Shown: positions 19,466 to 27,230 of the stretch, piece after piece
How the letters are laid out: each line of letters begins with the position of its first letter
Position numbering within the stretch: position 1 is the stretch's first letter
DNA from: an uncultured Eubacteriales bacterium
GTDB lineage: Bacteria; Acidobacteriota; Aminicenantia; Aminicenantales; Saccharicenantaceae
Assembly: GCA_964423315.1 (NCBI GenBank)
Contig: CAYREO010000016.1
Location: 1,513 to 65,512, forward strand
Direction of reading: 5' to 3'
DNA: 64,000 bases
Made by a program: the position numbers and the translations under genes
Notes under the pieces: model-generated
The model's database searches: none
What the model was told of the DNA's origin: nothing
What the model saw: only the letters and a program-made list of their open reading frames with translations

Positions 19466-20689
19466 CTAATCTCCCGCGGTCTTCCGAACGGACCGGCCGG
19501 CCTCGAGCCGGCGGAAATGGACCCGGACCGCGGCCATGATCTTCGCATCGACGGGGTCTCGTTCGGAAAGCGCGCAGACGTCCTCAAGGATATGTTCGAT
19601 CCCTAGGGGAAGCACGGAGTTAAGGAACTCCTCATCTCCCTCGTACAGCCGGCCGTCTGCGTCCGGTACATCGAAGAAACACGCCGCCGCCGCTCCTTCG
19701 GCCGTCTGGAGCGGCTCGACGCCCTGGGCCAGCTGGAAACGCATAGCACCGATCAGCCGGTCATCCCGGGCCAGCTTCCGGCGTATATCCCTGCCAACGC
19801 GGTGGATCGTATCGCCCAGGTGGATGTTCCCGAAACGCTTGAGAAGATCCTCGATATGGGCCTCCATTGCCGTCCCATCGAACTCGCCCGGATAAGCGCG
19901 GACCAGCGCCTGTCCAGACTCCCGCATCGCCTGCCGAACTCTCCGGCGTAAATCGGAGTCCCTCATGGCTTGCCAGGTAAAGACATGCCCCCGTCTCTCG
20001 ACCGCCGACATATAGGCGGTCATCGCGTGCCCCAGGTTGTGAACGAAAGACTTCCTCTCCACGTAGGCCCGCATGTTGTCCCGGGGCTCGAGGCCGGGGA
20101 CGTGCGGAACGCCGGCCTTAAACCCCTTGCGATCGACGATGAGGGAGTTGTAGGCCTCGGCGTAAATGAGGAGCGGGTCCTGGCGCCTTTGCTCGTCCGG
20201 CATGATGGGCACCATCTTGCCGATGCTGGTCTCCACGAGGCCGGGCATCGCTTCGGGCGGGAAATCGGGGGGCAGGGCCGTTGTCAGCCGGGAGCGGAGG
20301 AATCCGGCCCCGTCGAGAATATTCTCGCAAATGATTATATCGACGGGAGGCCGCCCCGCATGATGCCGCCTCAGGATCCCGCGAGCGAGCTGAGGGACGA
20401 GCGCTTCAAGGGCCCCCTTGCCCACGGCAGTCCCGATGACATCCGCCAAAACGATCTCCCCCGCTATCGCCTCAGGGTCCAGGGCGCTGACAGCCCGAAC
20501 ATTCTGGATGATGAGCCGCTCGCTTTTCTCATCCCGGATCTCGACCGTGTATTCCCGCTTTTCGTTGAGGGCCGAAACCAGGACGGGGTCGATATCGACG
20601 AAGATGACTTCGTAACCGGCGCGAGCGAAAAGCTGCCCGATGAACGAACGCCCGATGTTTCCGGCCCCGAATTGTACGAGTTTCTTCAT
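19466..20689 (-). CDS. Mannitol dehydrogenase family protein (mannitol-1-phosphate 5-dehydrogenase-like)
   Basis: N-terminus MKKLVQFGAGNIGRSFIGQLF matches the MtlD Rossmann motif (MKALHFGAGNIGRGFIG). Confidence 0.75.
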   Translation of the reverse strand: MKKLVQFGAGNIGRSFIGQLFARAGYEVIFVDIDPVLVSALNEKREYTVEIRDEKSERLIIQNVRAVSALDPEAIAGEIVLADVIGTAVGKGALEALVPQLARGILRRHHAGRPPVDIIICENILDGAGFLRSRLTTALPPDFPPEAMPGLVETSIGKMVPIMPDEQRRQDPLLIYAEAYNSLIVDRKGFKAGVPHVPGLEPRDNMRAYVERKSFVHNLGHAMTAYMSAVERRGHVFTWQAMRDSDLRRRVRQAMRESGQALVRAYPGEFDGTAMEAHIEDLLKRFGNIHLGDTIHRVGRDIRRKLARDDRLIGAMRFQLAQGVEPLQTAEGAAAACFFDVPDADGRLYEGDEEFLNSVLPLGIEHILEDVCALSERDPVDAKIMAAVRVHFRRLEAGRSVRKTAGD

Positions 20690-21918
20690 CGTTGGCCCGT
20701 TTCGTCTCCTTCCAGGAGGCCCTTCTCGTCCTCAGCGCTCCAGGAGCCAACAGAGAAGAGCTGCCGGCGAACTCCCGGATAGATCAGGCCTTTGCCAAAG
20801 AACTCCTGGGCCCGCACGGACAGTATGAGGTCCCGCGCCGCGTCCAGCCCCCCGACCCTTCGGATGTAGGGCTCGGCGGAGAACTGTCCCTCCGCCAGGA
20901 GGGTCATGACAGCGCGGACATCGGACGGATCGCCCCCTGAAGACCCGACCATGGAAATGCCGTCGTAATGGACGCGCCGGGTGTCCACCCGGATTTCGCT
21001 GGCCCCCGCCGGCGTCCCGCCGAAAAAGTGGGCAACGCCGCCCTTGGACAGATAGTCCAGGCTCTTCTCCTGGACGGCGGCGATACCCAGGGCGACGATG
21101 CAGTCATCGACTCCCCTGCCGCCCGAGAGGGCTCGGATGGCTCCCTCGAGGTCTGAGGGAACGGTCAGGACGAGCTCGACGCCTCGCTCGCGGCTTCGCG
21201 GGACGAGGATGTCAGCTGCGGCCCGGCGGCGGTCCTCGATGGGCTCGGAGAGGATGACCGCCCGGGGTCCGTAGGTCATGGCCATGTCGGCCAGCAGGAT
21301 GCCCATCGAACCGGCGCCCAGAATGAGCGTGACGCCCCCGCGAAGCGGGCCGAGGCTGGCCCGGCGGGGTCCGAGAGGCCCTTCCTTGGTGATGTGGGCG
21401 ATGCGGTTGAGCGCCGAGTGGACGCAGGACAAGGGCTCGCTGAAGGCGGCAGCGAAGAACGGGACCTCGGCGGGCTCATAAGGGATGAGGCAATCCGCTT
21501 GGATGACCTCTTCCGTGATGAGAACGTATTCGGCAAACAGCCCGCCGAGGGTGTAGCCGATGGCGACCTTCTCGACCTGATCGACCTGTTCATACCGTTC
21601 ACGGTGGTTGATCGGGGAGATATCGACGGCGGGCTGGACGGCGAACGATGCGTCCTCACGAAAGCGGCTGCGGAGGTCCTCTCCTACCAGGACGGTGGTG
21701 ACGCACCCTTCATGCCCGATAACGACCGGCCAGCGCTCGACGTCCCATCCGTAGAGAAGGGGATGCTCTCGCCCGTTCTCGATCAGCTTGCCGTCGGACG
21801 AGCAGGCAAAGACAGCGTCCACGCGGGCCAATATCTGGCCGGGCCCAGGGCGAGGTACAGGCACGCGCTGGAGGGCCAGGTTCTCGAATCCCCGTCCCGA
21901 AAGGACCAGCGCGTCCAT
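20686..21918 (-). CDS. Zinc-dependent alcohol/polyol dehydrogenase (MDR family, sorbitol-DH-like)
   Basis: MDALVLSGRGFENLALQRVPVPRPGPGQILARV is the typical MDR N-terminus. LILGAGSMGILLADMA is the Rossmann motif. Start uncertain; alternatives are ATG at 21972 or 22053. Confidence 0.75.
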   Translation of the reverse strand: MDALVLSGRGFENLALQRVPVPRPGPGQILARVDAVFACSSDGKLIENGREHPLLYGWDVERWPVVIGHEGCVTTVLVGEDLRSRFREDASFAVQPAVDISPINHRERYEQVDQVEKVAIGYTLGGLFAEYVLITEEVIQADCLIPYEPAEVPFFAAAFSEPLSCVHSALNRIAHITKEGPLGPRRASLGPLRGGVTLILGAGSMGILLADMAMTYGPRAVILSEPIEDRRRAAADILVPRSRERGVELVLTVPSDLEGAIRALSGGRGVDDCIVALGIAAVQEKSLDYLSKGGVAHFFGGTPAGASEIRVDTRRVHYDGISMVGSSGGDPSDVRAVMTLLAEGQFSAEPYIRRVGGLDAARDLILSVRAQEFFGKGLIYPGVRRQLFSVGSWSAEDEKGLLEGDETGQR

Positions 21919-22004
21919 GTCTGCGGGGATCCGAGGGCCGGGGGAGCCCCATGTTCTCACAGGCCTGATCATGGCTCTCTTTGTGCCCCTCCTTCCTTTG
22001 GAAT

Positions 22005-23246
22005 TCAAAGAGCCTCTATAGCCGCCGCCGTCGCCCCGCCACCTCCGAAGCAAATGGCAACGATGCCAAAACGGCGGCGATGGGCCTTTAGGACGTGAAC
22101 GAGCGTGACTAGGAGCCGGGCGCCGGCTGATCCGAGAGGATGGCCCAACGCGATGGCCCCGCCATGGACGTTGATCTCCGCCCCCGGGAAATTCTCTTCG
22201 AAAACGGGGAGCTGGATCCCGAAGGCCTCATTGATCTCCATGATGGTGAAATCGTCGGCGGCCGGGCCTCGAGACGACAAAGCAGAGGTCAGGAGGCGGA
22301 CAGCTTCGACGGGCGAATCGATGAAATCGGCCGCGGGCCGGTCAATTCTGCTGAACCCCAGAATTCTGGCCATGGGCACGAGACCGGAGGCGGCAGCGAC
22401 CCCTGGGCCGGCCAGAACGACGGCTGCTGCGTTGTCGGCGGGGGCCGAGGAATTGTAGGCCGAGGCGATGTCCTGCTCGCTCTCCGCCCGCATCCGCTCG
22501 AGCTCCTCGTCGGCCGCGAGTTCGTCCCGGATGACGTCCCCGACCGGAGCCAGTTCGGCATCGAACAGGCCTTCTTCCCTGGCCCTGCGGGCCCGCTCGT
22601 GACTCTCGGCGGCTTTCCGGTTGACGGCCTCGATCGTGATCCCGCGGCGGCGGGCGAAGGCCAGGGCGTACTCCCGCATGAACTTTCTCTCGACCGGCCA
22701 AAAAAGGCCGTCGTAGGCCACGGCATCGACGATCGCCGAGAGGGAGAGCTGATCCTCGGCGTTCTCCGCGAACTGCCAGCGGTAGGCCCCCGCTTTCTTC
22801 ATCCGGAGATAGCCCCCCTGCTGATATCCTTTCCCTTGGCGGAAGAACCTCGGGTCGAGGAGATAGGGAGCGTTGGAGCGCGATTCCATTCCTCCGGCCA
22901 CGGCCAGCCGGGCCCTTCCCAAAAGCAGCGCGTCGGCGGAGATCATGACAGCCTCCAAGGAAGAACCGCAGACGTTCTCGATCGTGCGGGAGGGGACCGA
23001 CGGCGAAATGCCGGCGGCCAGGGCCGCTTGTTTGGACGGCGCCTCACCCAGCCCAGAAGGCACGACGCAGCCCATCGTGACCAATTCGACACGGTCGGGG
23101 GAAAGGCCGGCTTTCCTCAGGGCGGCCTCAATGGCTCTCCCACCCAGTTCGGGAGCAGAAGAGGAGGCCAGACAGCCCCGGAACCGGCCAATAGGGGTCC
23201 TGGCCGCGGCCAAGATGTGGACCTCGCTGTCGCAGAGGGCGATCAC
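22005..23246 (-). CDS. Thiolase-family protein (acetyl-CoA C-acyltransferase-like)
   Basis: ILAAARTPIGRFRG N-terminal thiolase block. NVHGGAIALGHPLGSAGARLLVTLV and ICFGGGGATAAAIE are C-terminal thiolase signatures. Confidence 0.85.
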   Translation of the reverse strand: MIALCDSEVHILAAARTPIGRFRGCLASSSAPELGGRAIEAALRKAGLSPDRVELVTMGCVVPSGLGEAPSKQAALAAGISPSVPSRTIENVCGSSLEAVMISADALLLGRARLAVAGGMESRSNAPYLLDPRFFRQGKGYQQGGYLRMKKAGAYRWQFAENAEDQLSLSAIVDAVAYDGLFWPVERKFMREYALAFARRRGITIEAVNRKAAESHERARRAREEGLFDAELAPVGDVIRDELAADEELERMRAESEQDIASAYNSSAPADNAAAVVLAGPGVAAASGLVPMARILGFSRIDRPAADFIDSPVEAVRLLTSALSSRGPAADDFTIMEINEAFGIQLPVFEENFPGAEINVHGGAIALGHPLGSAGARLLVTLVHVLKAHRRRFGIVAICFGGGGATAAAIEAL

Positions 23247-25534
23247 GCCGGGCCTCCCAGGAGGCGTCGGACGGCTTGACTGATGCGCTCGGGGGACGGG
23301 ATATTCTCGTTCTCAAGGGGGGCCGCCATGGGCGGGGGAACGGAATGGGCCGAAACGATCTCGACCGGAGCTTTGAGGAACGGAAAAGCGTTGCGCTGGA
23401 CCTCAAAGGCGACGTGCTGGGCGAAGCTGCATGTCAGGGGGGATTGGACGACCACCACGCAGCGCCCTGTCTTCTTCACGGAGTCAACTACAGTCGCGGA
23501 ATCCATCGGGATCAGGCTCCGCAGGTCGATGACCTCGGCCTCGACCCCATCGCGGGCCTTGAGCGTTTCGGCGGCGGCCAGGGTGTTTTTCAGAAGGTTC
23601 AGATAGCTGACCAGAGTCACGTCCCCTCCGGCCCGAAGGACGGCCGCGCTACCGAATGGGAGAGTTACGTCTTCGTCCGGTTCCGGGACCTGACCGAGGT
23701 CAGCGTAGAGCATCTGATGCTCGATGAAGACCACGGGGTTGTCGTCGCGAATGGCGGTTTTCAAGAGGCCCTTGGCGTCCCGAGGGGCGAAGGGCGCAAC
23801 GACCTTGAGCCCAGGAAAATGGGCCATGATGGCCTCGAGGCTTTGGGAATGTTGTCCGGCATAGCCTTTCCCACCGCCTACGGTCGTCCGGAGAACAAGC
23901 GGGATACGGGCTTTACCTCCGAACATGTAGCGGGTCTTGGCGACTTGATTGGCCAGCTGGTCCAATGCCAGGGGGATGAAATCGATGTACATGATCTCGA
24001 TGACGGGGCGGAGGCCGGTCATGGCCGCCCCGCAGGCCGTTCCGACGATGGCGGCTTCCGAGATAGGAGCATTGAAGACCCGGCGGCGACCGAAGGTATC
24101 CAGGAGGTCCATGGTCACGCCGAAAGCGCCTCCGTAATCCGCCACATCCTCGCCGTAGAGAACGACCCGCCGGTCGCGCTCCATCTCCTCGGCCAGGGCC
24201 TCCCAGATCGCATGGCGGAAAAGGATCCGCCCACCGGACATCCGTTTGATGCGCCGGACAGGTTTGAGGAGTTGGGTAGTCCTCCAACAAGGTTCGGGGG
24301 TGGCAGGAGGTTCGTCAACCCATAGCCCTTCAGCGATCTCCTCGACCCTCGGTTCCGGAGAGAGTGCGGCCCGGACAGCCGCTTCCCTCGTCCTACGCTT
24401 CATTTCGAGCCGGGCGAGCTCGGCCTGTTCCCGGCTGAGCACACCGGCCGCATCGAGCTGCGCCTCGAAACGGGCGATGGGATCCCAATCCTTCCAGGCT
24501 TTCTCCTCCTCGGCAGACCGATAGCTCGTCCGTTTATCGCTCAGAGAATGGCCCAGGTACCGGTAGGTCATGCATTCCAGCAGAACGGGCCCTTCGCCTC
24601 GGCGGCACTTGACGGCCGCCCGGGCGACCGCGTCCCGCACAGCAAGGACGTCCATGCCGTTGACGACCTCTGCGTTCATGTTCCGATGATCATACGCGGC
24701 CCCGCGCCTGGCGAGGTGCCGGATTCCGGTGACTTCCAGGCATTGCTGCCCGGTCATGCCGTACTGATTGTTCTCGATCAGGAAGATAACCGGCAGGCCC
24801 TTTTCGAATTGCGCTTGAGCAGCGAAATTCATCGCTTCGTGGGCTATGCCGTTGTTGGTTGCCCCGTCGCCGACGAAGGTGATCACGATGCGGTCGGTCC
24901 CCAGAAGATGCTGGGCCAGCGCCGCCCCCGTCCCAATGGCGAAGCTCCCGCCGACAATCGCGTTCGCCCCCAGATGATGGGCCTCGAAGTCGGCGATGTG
25001 CATTCCGCCGCCCCGGCCCCGGCAATATCCGTCCTCCTTGCCGAACAGCTCGCAGATCGTCCGGTAGAGGTGACGGTCCAAGGCGCGTTCTTGAAGATCC
25101 CCCTCGCTCTCGTCCAGCCTGGCCGGAGAGGGGCCGGCGAAGGCCTCCAGCTCCGAGCGCGACATTCTGAATATCCGGACGGCCCCCTTGGCGATGGAGT
25201 GACCGTGCCCTCGATGGGTGGAGGTGATGTAATCATCGGCCCGGATCGCCGAGATGGCCCCGGCGGCCGTCGCTTCCTGGCCGATCGACAGATGGGTCGC
25301 GCCGATGAACGGGAAGCCTTCAATGGGAGCGAAAGTCCCCTGTTTCATCTCAACGATCATCTCTTCGAGGGCCCGGTTCATGATCATGAGACGATGAAGA
25401 CGTAGCGCCTCGGCAGAATCGATGGACCGGGCCTTCAGTTCCGCTTCGAGGTTGAGGCGATAAGCATAAAGAGGGATAGGCGGGATCTCGATTTGGCCGG
25501 CGTTGAAATCGGGGAGAATGTCACAGTCTTTCAT
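23243..25534 (-). CDS. TPP-dependent 2-oxoacid/acetoin dehydrogenase E1 component, fused alpha+beta subunits
   Basis: Alpha-like N-half with YITSTHRGHGHSIAKG (TPP-binding YRGHG) and GDGATNNG. Beta-like C-half with LYGEDVADYGGAFGVTMDL and RPVIEIMYIDF. Single ORF of 763 aa. Confidence 0.75.
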   Translation of the reverse strand: MKDCDILPDFNAGQIEIPPIPLYAYRLNLEAELKARSIDSAEALRLHRLMIMNRALEEMIVEMKQGTFAPIEGFPFIGATHLSIGQEATAAGAISAIRADDYITSTHRGHGHSIAKGAVRIFRMSRSELEAFAGPSPARLDESEGDLQERALDRHLYRTICELFGKEDGYCRGRGGGMHIADFEAHHLGANAIVGGSFAIGTGAALAQHLLGTDRIVITFVGDGATNNGIAHEAMNFAAQAQFEKGLPVIFLIENNQYGMTGQQCLEVTGIRHLARRGAAYDHRNMNAEVVNGMDVLAVRDAVARAAVKCRRGEGPVLLECMTYRYLGHSLSDKRTSYRSAEEEKAWKDWDPIARFEAQLDAAGVLSREQAELARLEMKRRTREAAVRAALSPEPRVEEIAEGLWVDEPPATPEPCWRTTQLLKPVRRIKRMSGGRILFRHAIWEALAEEMERDRRVVLYGEDVADYGGAFGVTMDLLDTFGRRRVFNAPISEAAIVGTACGAAMTGLRPVIEIMYIDFIPLALDQLANQVAKTRYMFGGKARIPLVLRTTVGGGKGYAGQHSQSLEAIMAHFPGLKVVAPFAPRDAKGLLKTAIRDDNPVVFIEHQMLYADLGQVPEPDEDVTLPFGSAAVLRAGGDVTLVSYLNLLKNTLAAAETLKARDGVEAEVIDLRSLIPMDSATVVDSVKKTGRCVVVVQSPLTCSFAQHVAFEVQRNAFPFLKAPVEIVSAHSVPPPMAAPLENENIPSPERISQAVRRLLGGPA

Positions 25535-25575
25535 ATTAGAGGGTCCGTCCCTTCAGCGTCAGGCAAAATTGGCAC

Positions 25576-25604
25576 TTGCATTTTAGGAGCATATATCATA
25601 TATC
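25576..25604 (+). promoter_or_regulatory. σ70-like promoter upstream of 25714 gene with ATATATCATATATCATAT motif
   Basis: TTGCAT (25576-25581), N17, TATATC (25599-25604). The direct repeat ATATCAT ATATCAT AT lies at 25591-25608. Confidence 0.4.
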
Positions 25605-25713
25605 ATATCTGGTAGGACGAATCAAGGCTAAAATAGCCCGGTCCGACGACGCGGCTGGACGCAAAATCCTGGCTATTGATAGGAACACATCAAAAAAATC
25701 AGAAGGAGATGCC

Positions 25714-27204
25714 ATGAGAAAGAACAGATATGTAATCGCTACGCTAGCCATTCTCCTGTCGTCGGCGGCGGCCCCTGCCTCTAACGAAAAGGGGGAGATC
25801 CTTGCGGCCATGAAAAAAGCGACCCGCTTCATGGTCGATCATGCGGGCGAGCGTGGAGGGTATTTCTGGCATTACAGTTCGGATCTCACCGAACGTTGGG
25901 GAGAGATACCGGTCCGGGCCTCTCAAGTCTGGGTGCAGCCGCCCGGGACTCCGGCCGTGGGGTTGCTCTTGATGGACGCCTACGAAGCGACCGGGGACCC
26001 CGAGTACTTGCGGGACGCCGAGGAGGTCGGCCGGATGCTTGCCTTCGGCCAGCTCCCGTTCGGAGGGTGGCATTATTTCATCGACTTCGATCCCCCGGGC
26101 ATCCCGTATTACTATGAAACCGTCGCCTCCCAATGCTGGGGCTACGAAGAGTTCTATCACTACCACTACAATGGCACGTTCGACGATGAGGTCCATACGG
26201 CGCCGACCCGCCTTCTGATGCGCCTTTATCTGGCCACGCTCGATCCGCGCTACAAAACCGCTCTTGACAAGGCGTTGCAGTTCGTTCTGGACGCCCAGTT
26301 TCCAAACGGTTCCTGGCCGCAACGTTTTCCCCTCCAGCACGACTACAGCTCGTTATACACCTTCAACGATGATGTCATCAGCGGTAACATCGATCTTCTT
26401 TGGGAAGCCTTTGAGAACTTGGGAAACCCGGCTTACAAGGCAGCGGCTCTCAGAGGAATGGATTTTATCATTCTCTCCCAGATGCCTCCGCCTCAAGCCG
26501 GCTGGGGTCTTCAGTACGGGCCGGACATGAAGCCGGCCAAGGGACGCAATTTTGAGCCGGCCGGGATCACCCCTTCCGAAACGATCAACAACATCCGGTC
26601 TCTGCAGAAATATTACAAAATCACCGGGGACCGAAAATATCTCCGGGGTATCCCGGACGCCCTGCGCTGGCTCGAGGACTCGGTCATCAATAGTGACCCC
26701 GATCGGCGGCACGAAGGGATGGCCTACACCCACGCCTCGTTCTACGAGTTGGGAACGAACCGGCCGCTCTACGTCCACCGGAAGGCCACGAGGGCCGAGC
26801 TCGATCCCGAAGACCCGAGCAAGGGTTACTGGGTGGATTACGAGTTCGGGAACTTCCCCGGACATTACGGGATGATCGGTTTTTTCGACATTCCGTCAAT
26901 CCGCGCAGAATACGACCGGGTCAGCCGGCTCAGCCCCGAAGAAGCGCGGATCGAATACGAGGCGGGCAAAAACGCTCTGCCGGCCCCCCCCTCCCCGGAG
27001 GAGATCCGCAAGATCATCTCTGCCATGGACGGTCGCGGCGCCTGGGTCGAGACGACCTTCGTCCGATATTATCCGGACTTCCGGGACCGCGAGAAAGGCC
27101 GGACCATCCCGGGGATACAGACCAGGACTTACCTGAACAACATGCAGAAGCTGATCGCCCGGTTGCCGGCGGCCCAAGGGCCGCCTCCAGCCGGGAAAAA
27201 GTGA
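25714..27204 (+). CDS. Secreted α/α-toroid-like protein with QW-type repeats (prenyltransferase/squalene-cyclase-like repeat; possibly a PL10-type polysaccharide lyase fold)
   Basis: Start at MRKNRYVIATLAILLSSAAAPAS (signal peptide) with AGGAGA RBS. Repeated Q..[GN]G[SG]W blocks: GQLPFGGWHY, AQFPNGSWPQRF, PPPQAGWGLQYGP, ERGGYFWHY. Confidence 0.45.
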   Translation: MRKNRYVIATLAILLSSAAAPASNEKGEILAAMKKATRFMVDHAGERGGYFWHYSSDLTERWGEIPVRASQVWVQPPGTPAVGLLLMDAYEATGDPEYLRDAEEVGRMLAFGQLPFGGWHYFIDFDPPGIPYYYETVASQCWGYEEFYHYHYNGTFDDEVHTAPTRLLMRLYLATLDPRYKTALDKALQFVLDAQFPNGSWPQRFPLQHDYSSLYTFNDDVISGNIDLLWEAFENLGNPAYKAAALRGMDFIILSQMPPPQAGWGLQYGPDMKPAKGRNFEPAGITPSETINNIRSLQKYYKITGDRKYLRGIPDALRWLEDSVINSDPDRRHEGMAYTHASFYELGTNRPLYVHRKATRAELDPEDPSKGYWVDYEFGNFPGHYGMIGFFDIPSIRAEYDRVSRLSPEEARIEYEAGKNALPAPPSPEEIRKIISAMDGRGAWVETTFVRYYPDFRDREKGRTIPGIQTRTYLNNMQKLIARLPAAQGPPPAGKK

Positions 27205-27230
27205 GTCCGGGCCGCGGGGCCCGGATGCGA

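Noticed and set aside
20686-22053. Longest-ORF start (22053) for the Zn-ADH gene
   Set aside because: The 45-aa N-terminal extension (MLRRWRGDGGGYRG...) is Arg/Gly-rich and would overlap the thiolase gene by 49 bp. MDALVL at 21918 matches the canonical MDR N-terminus.
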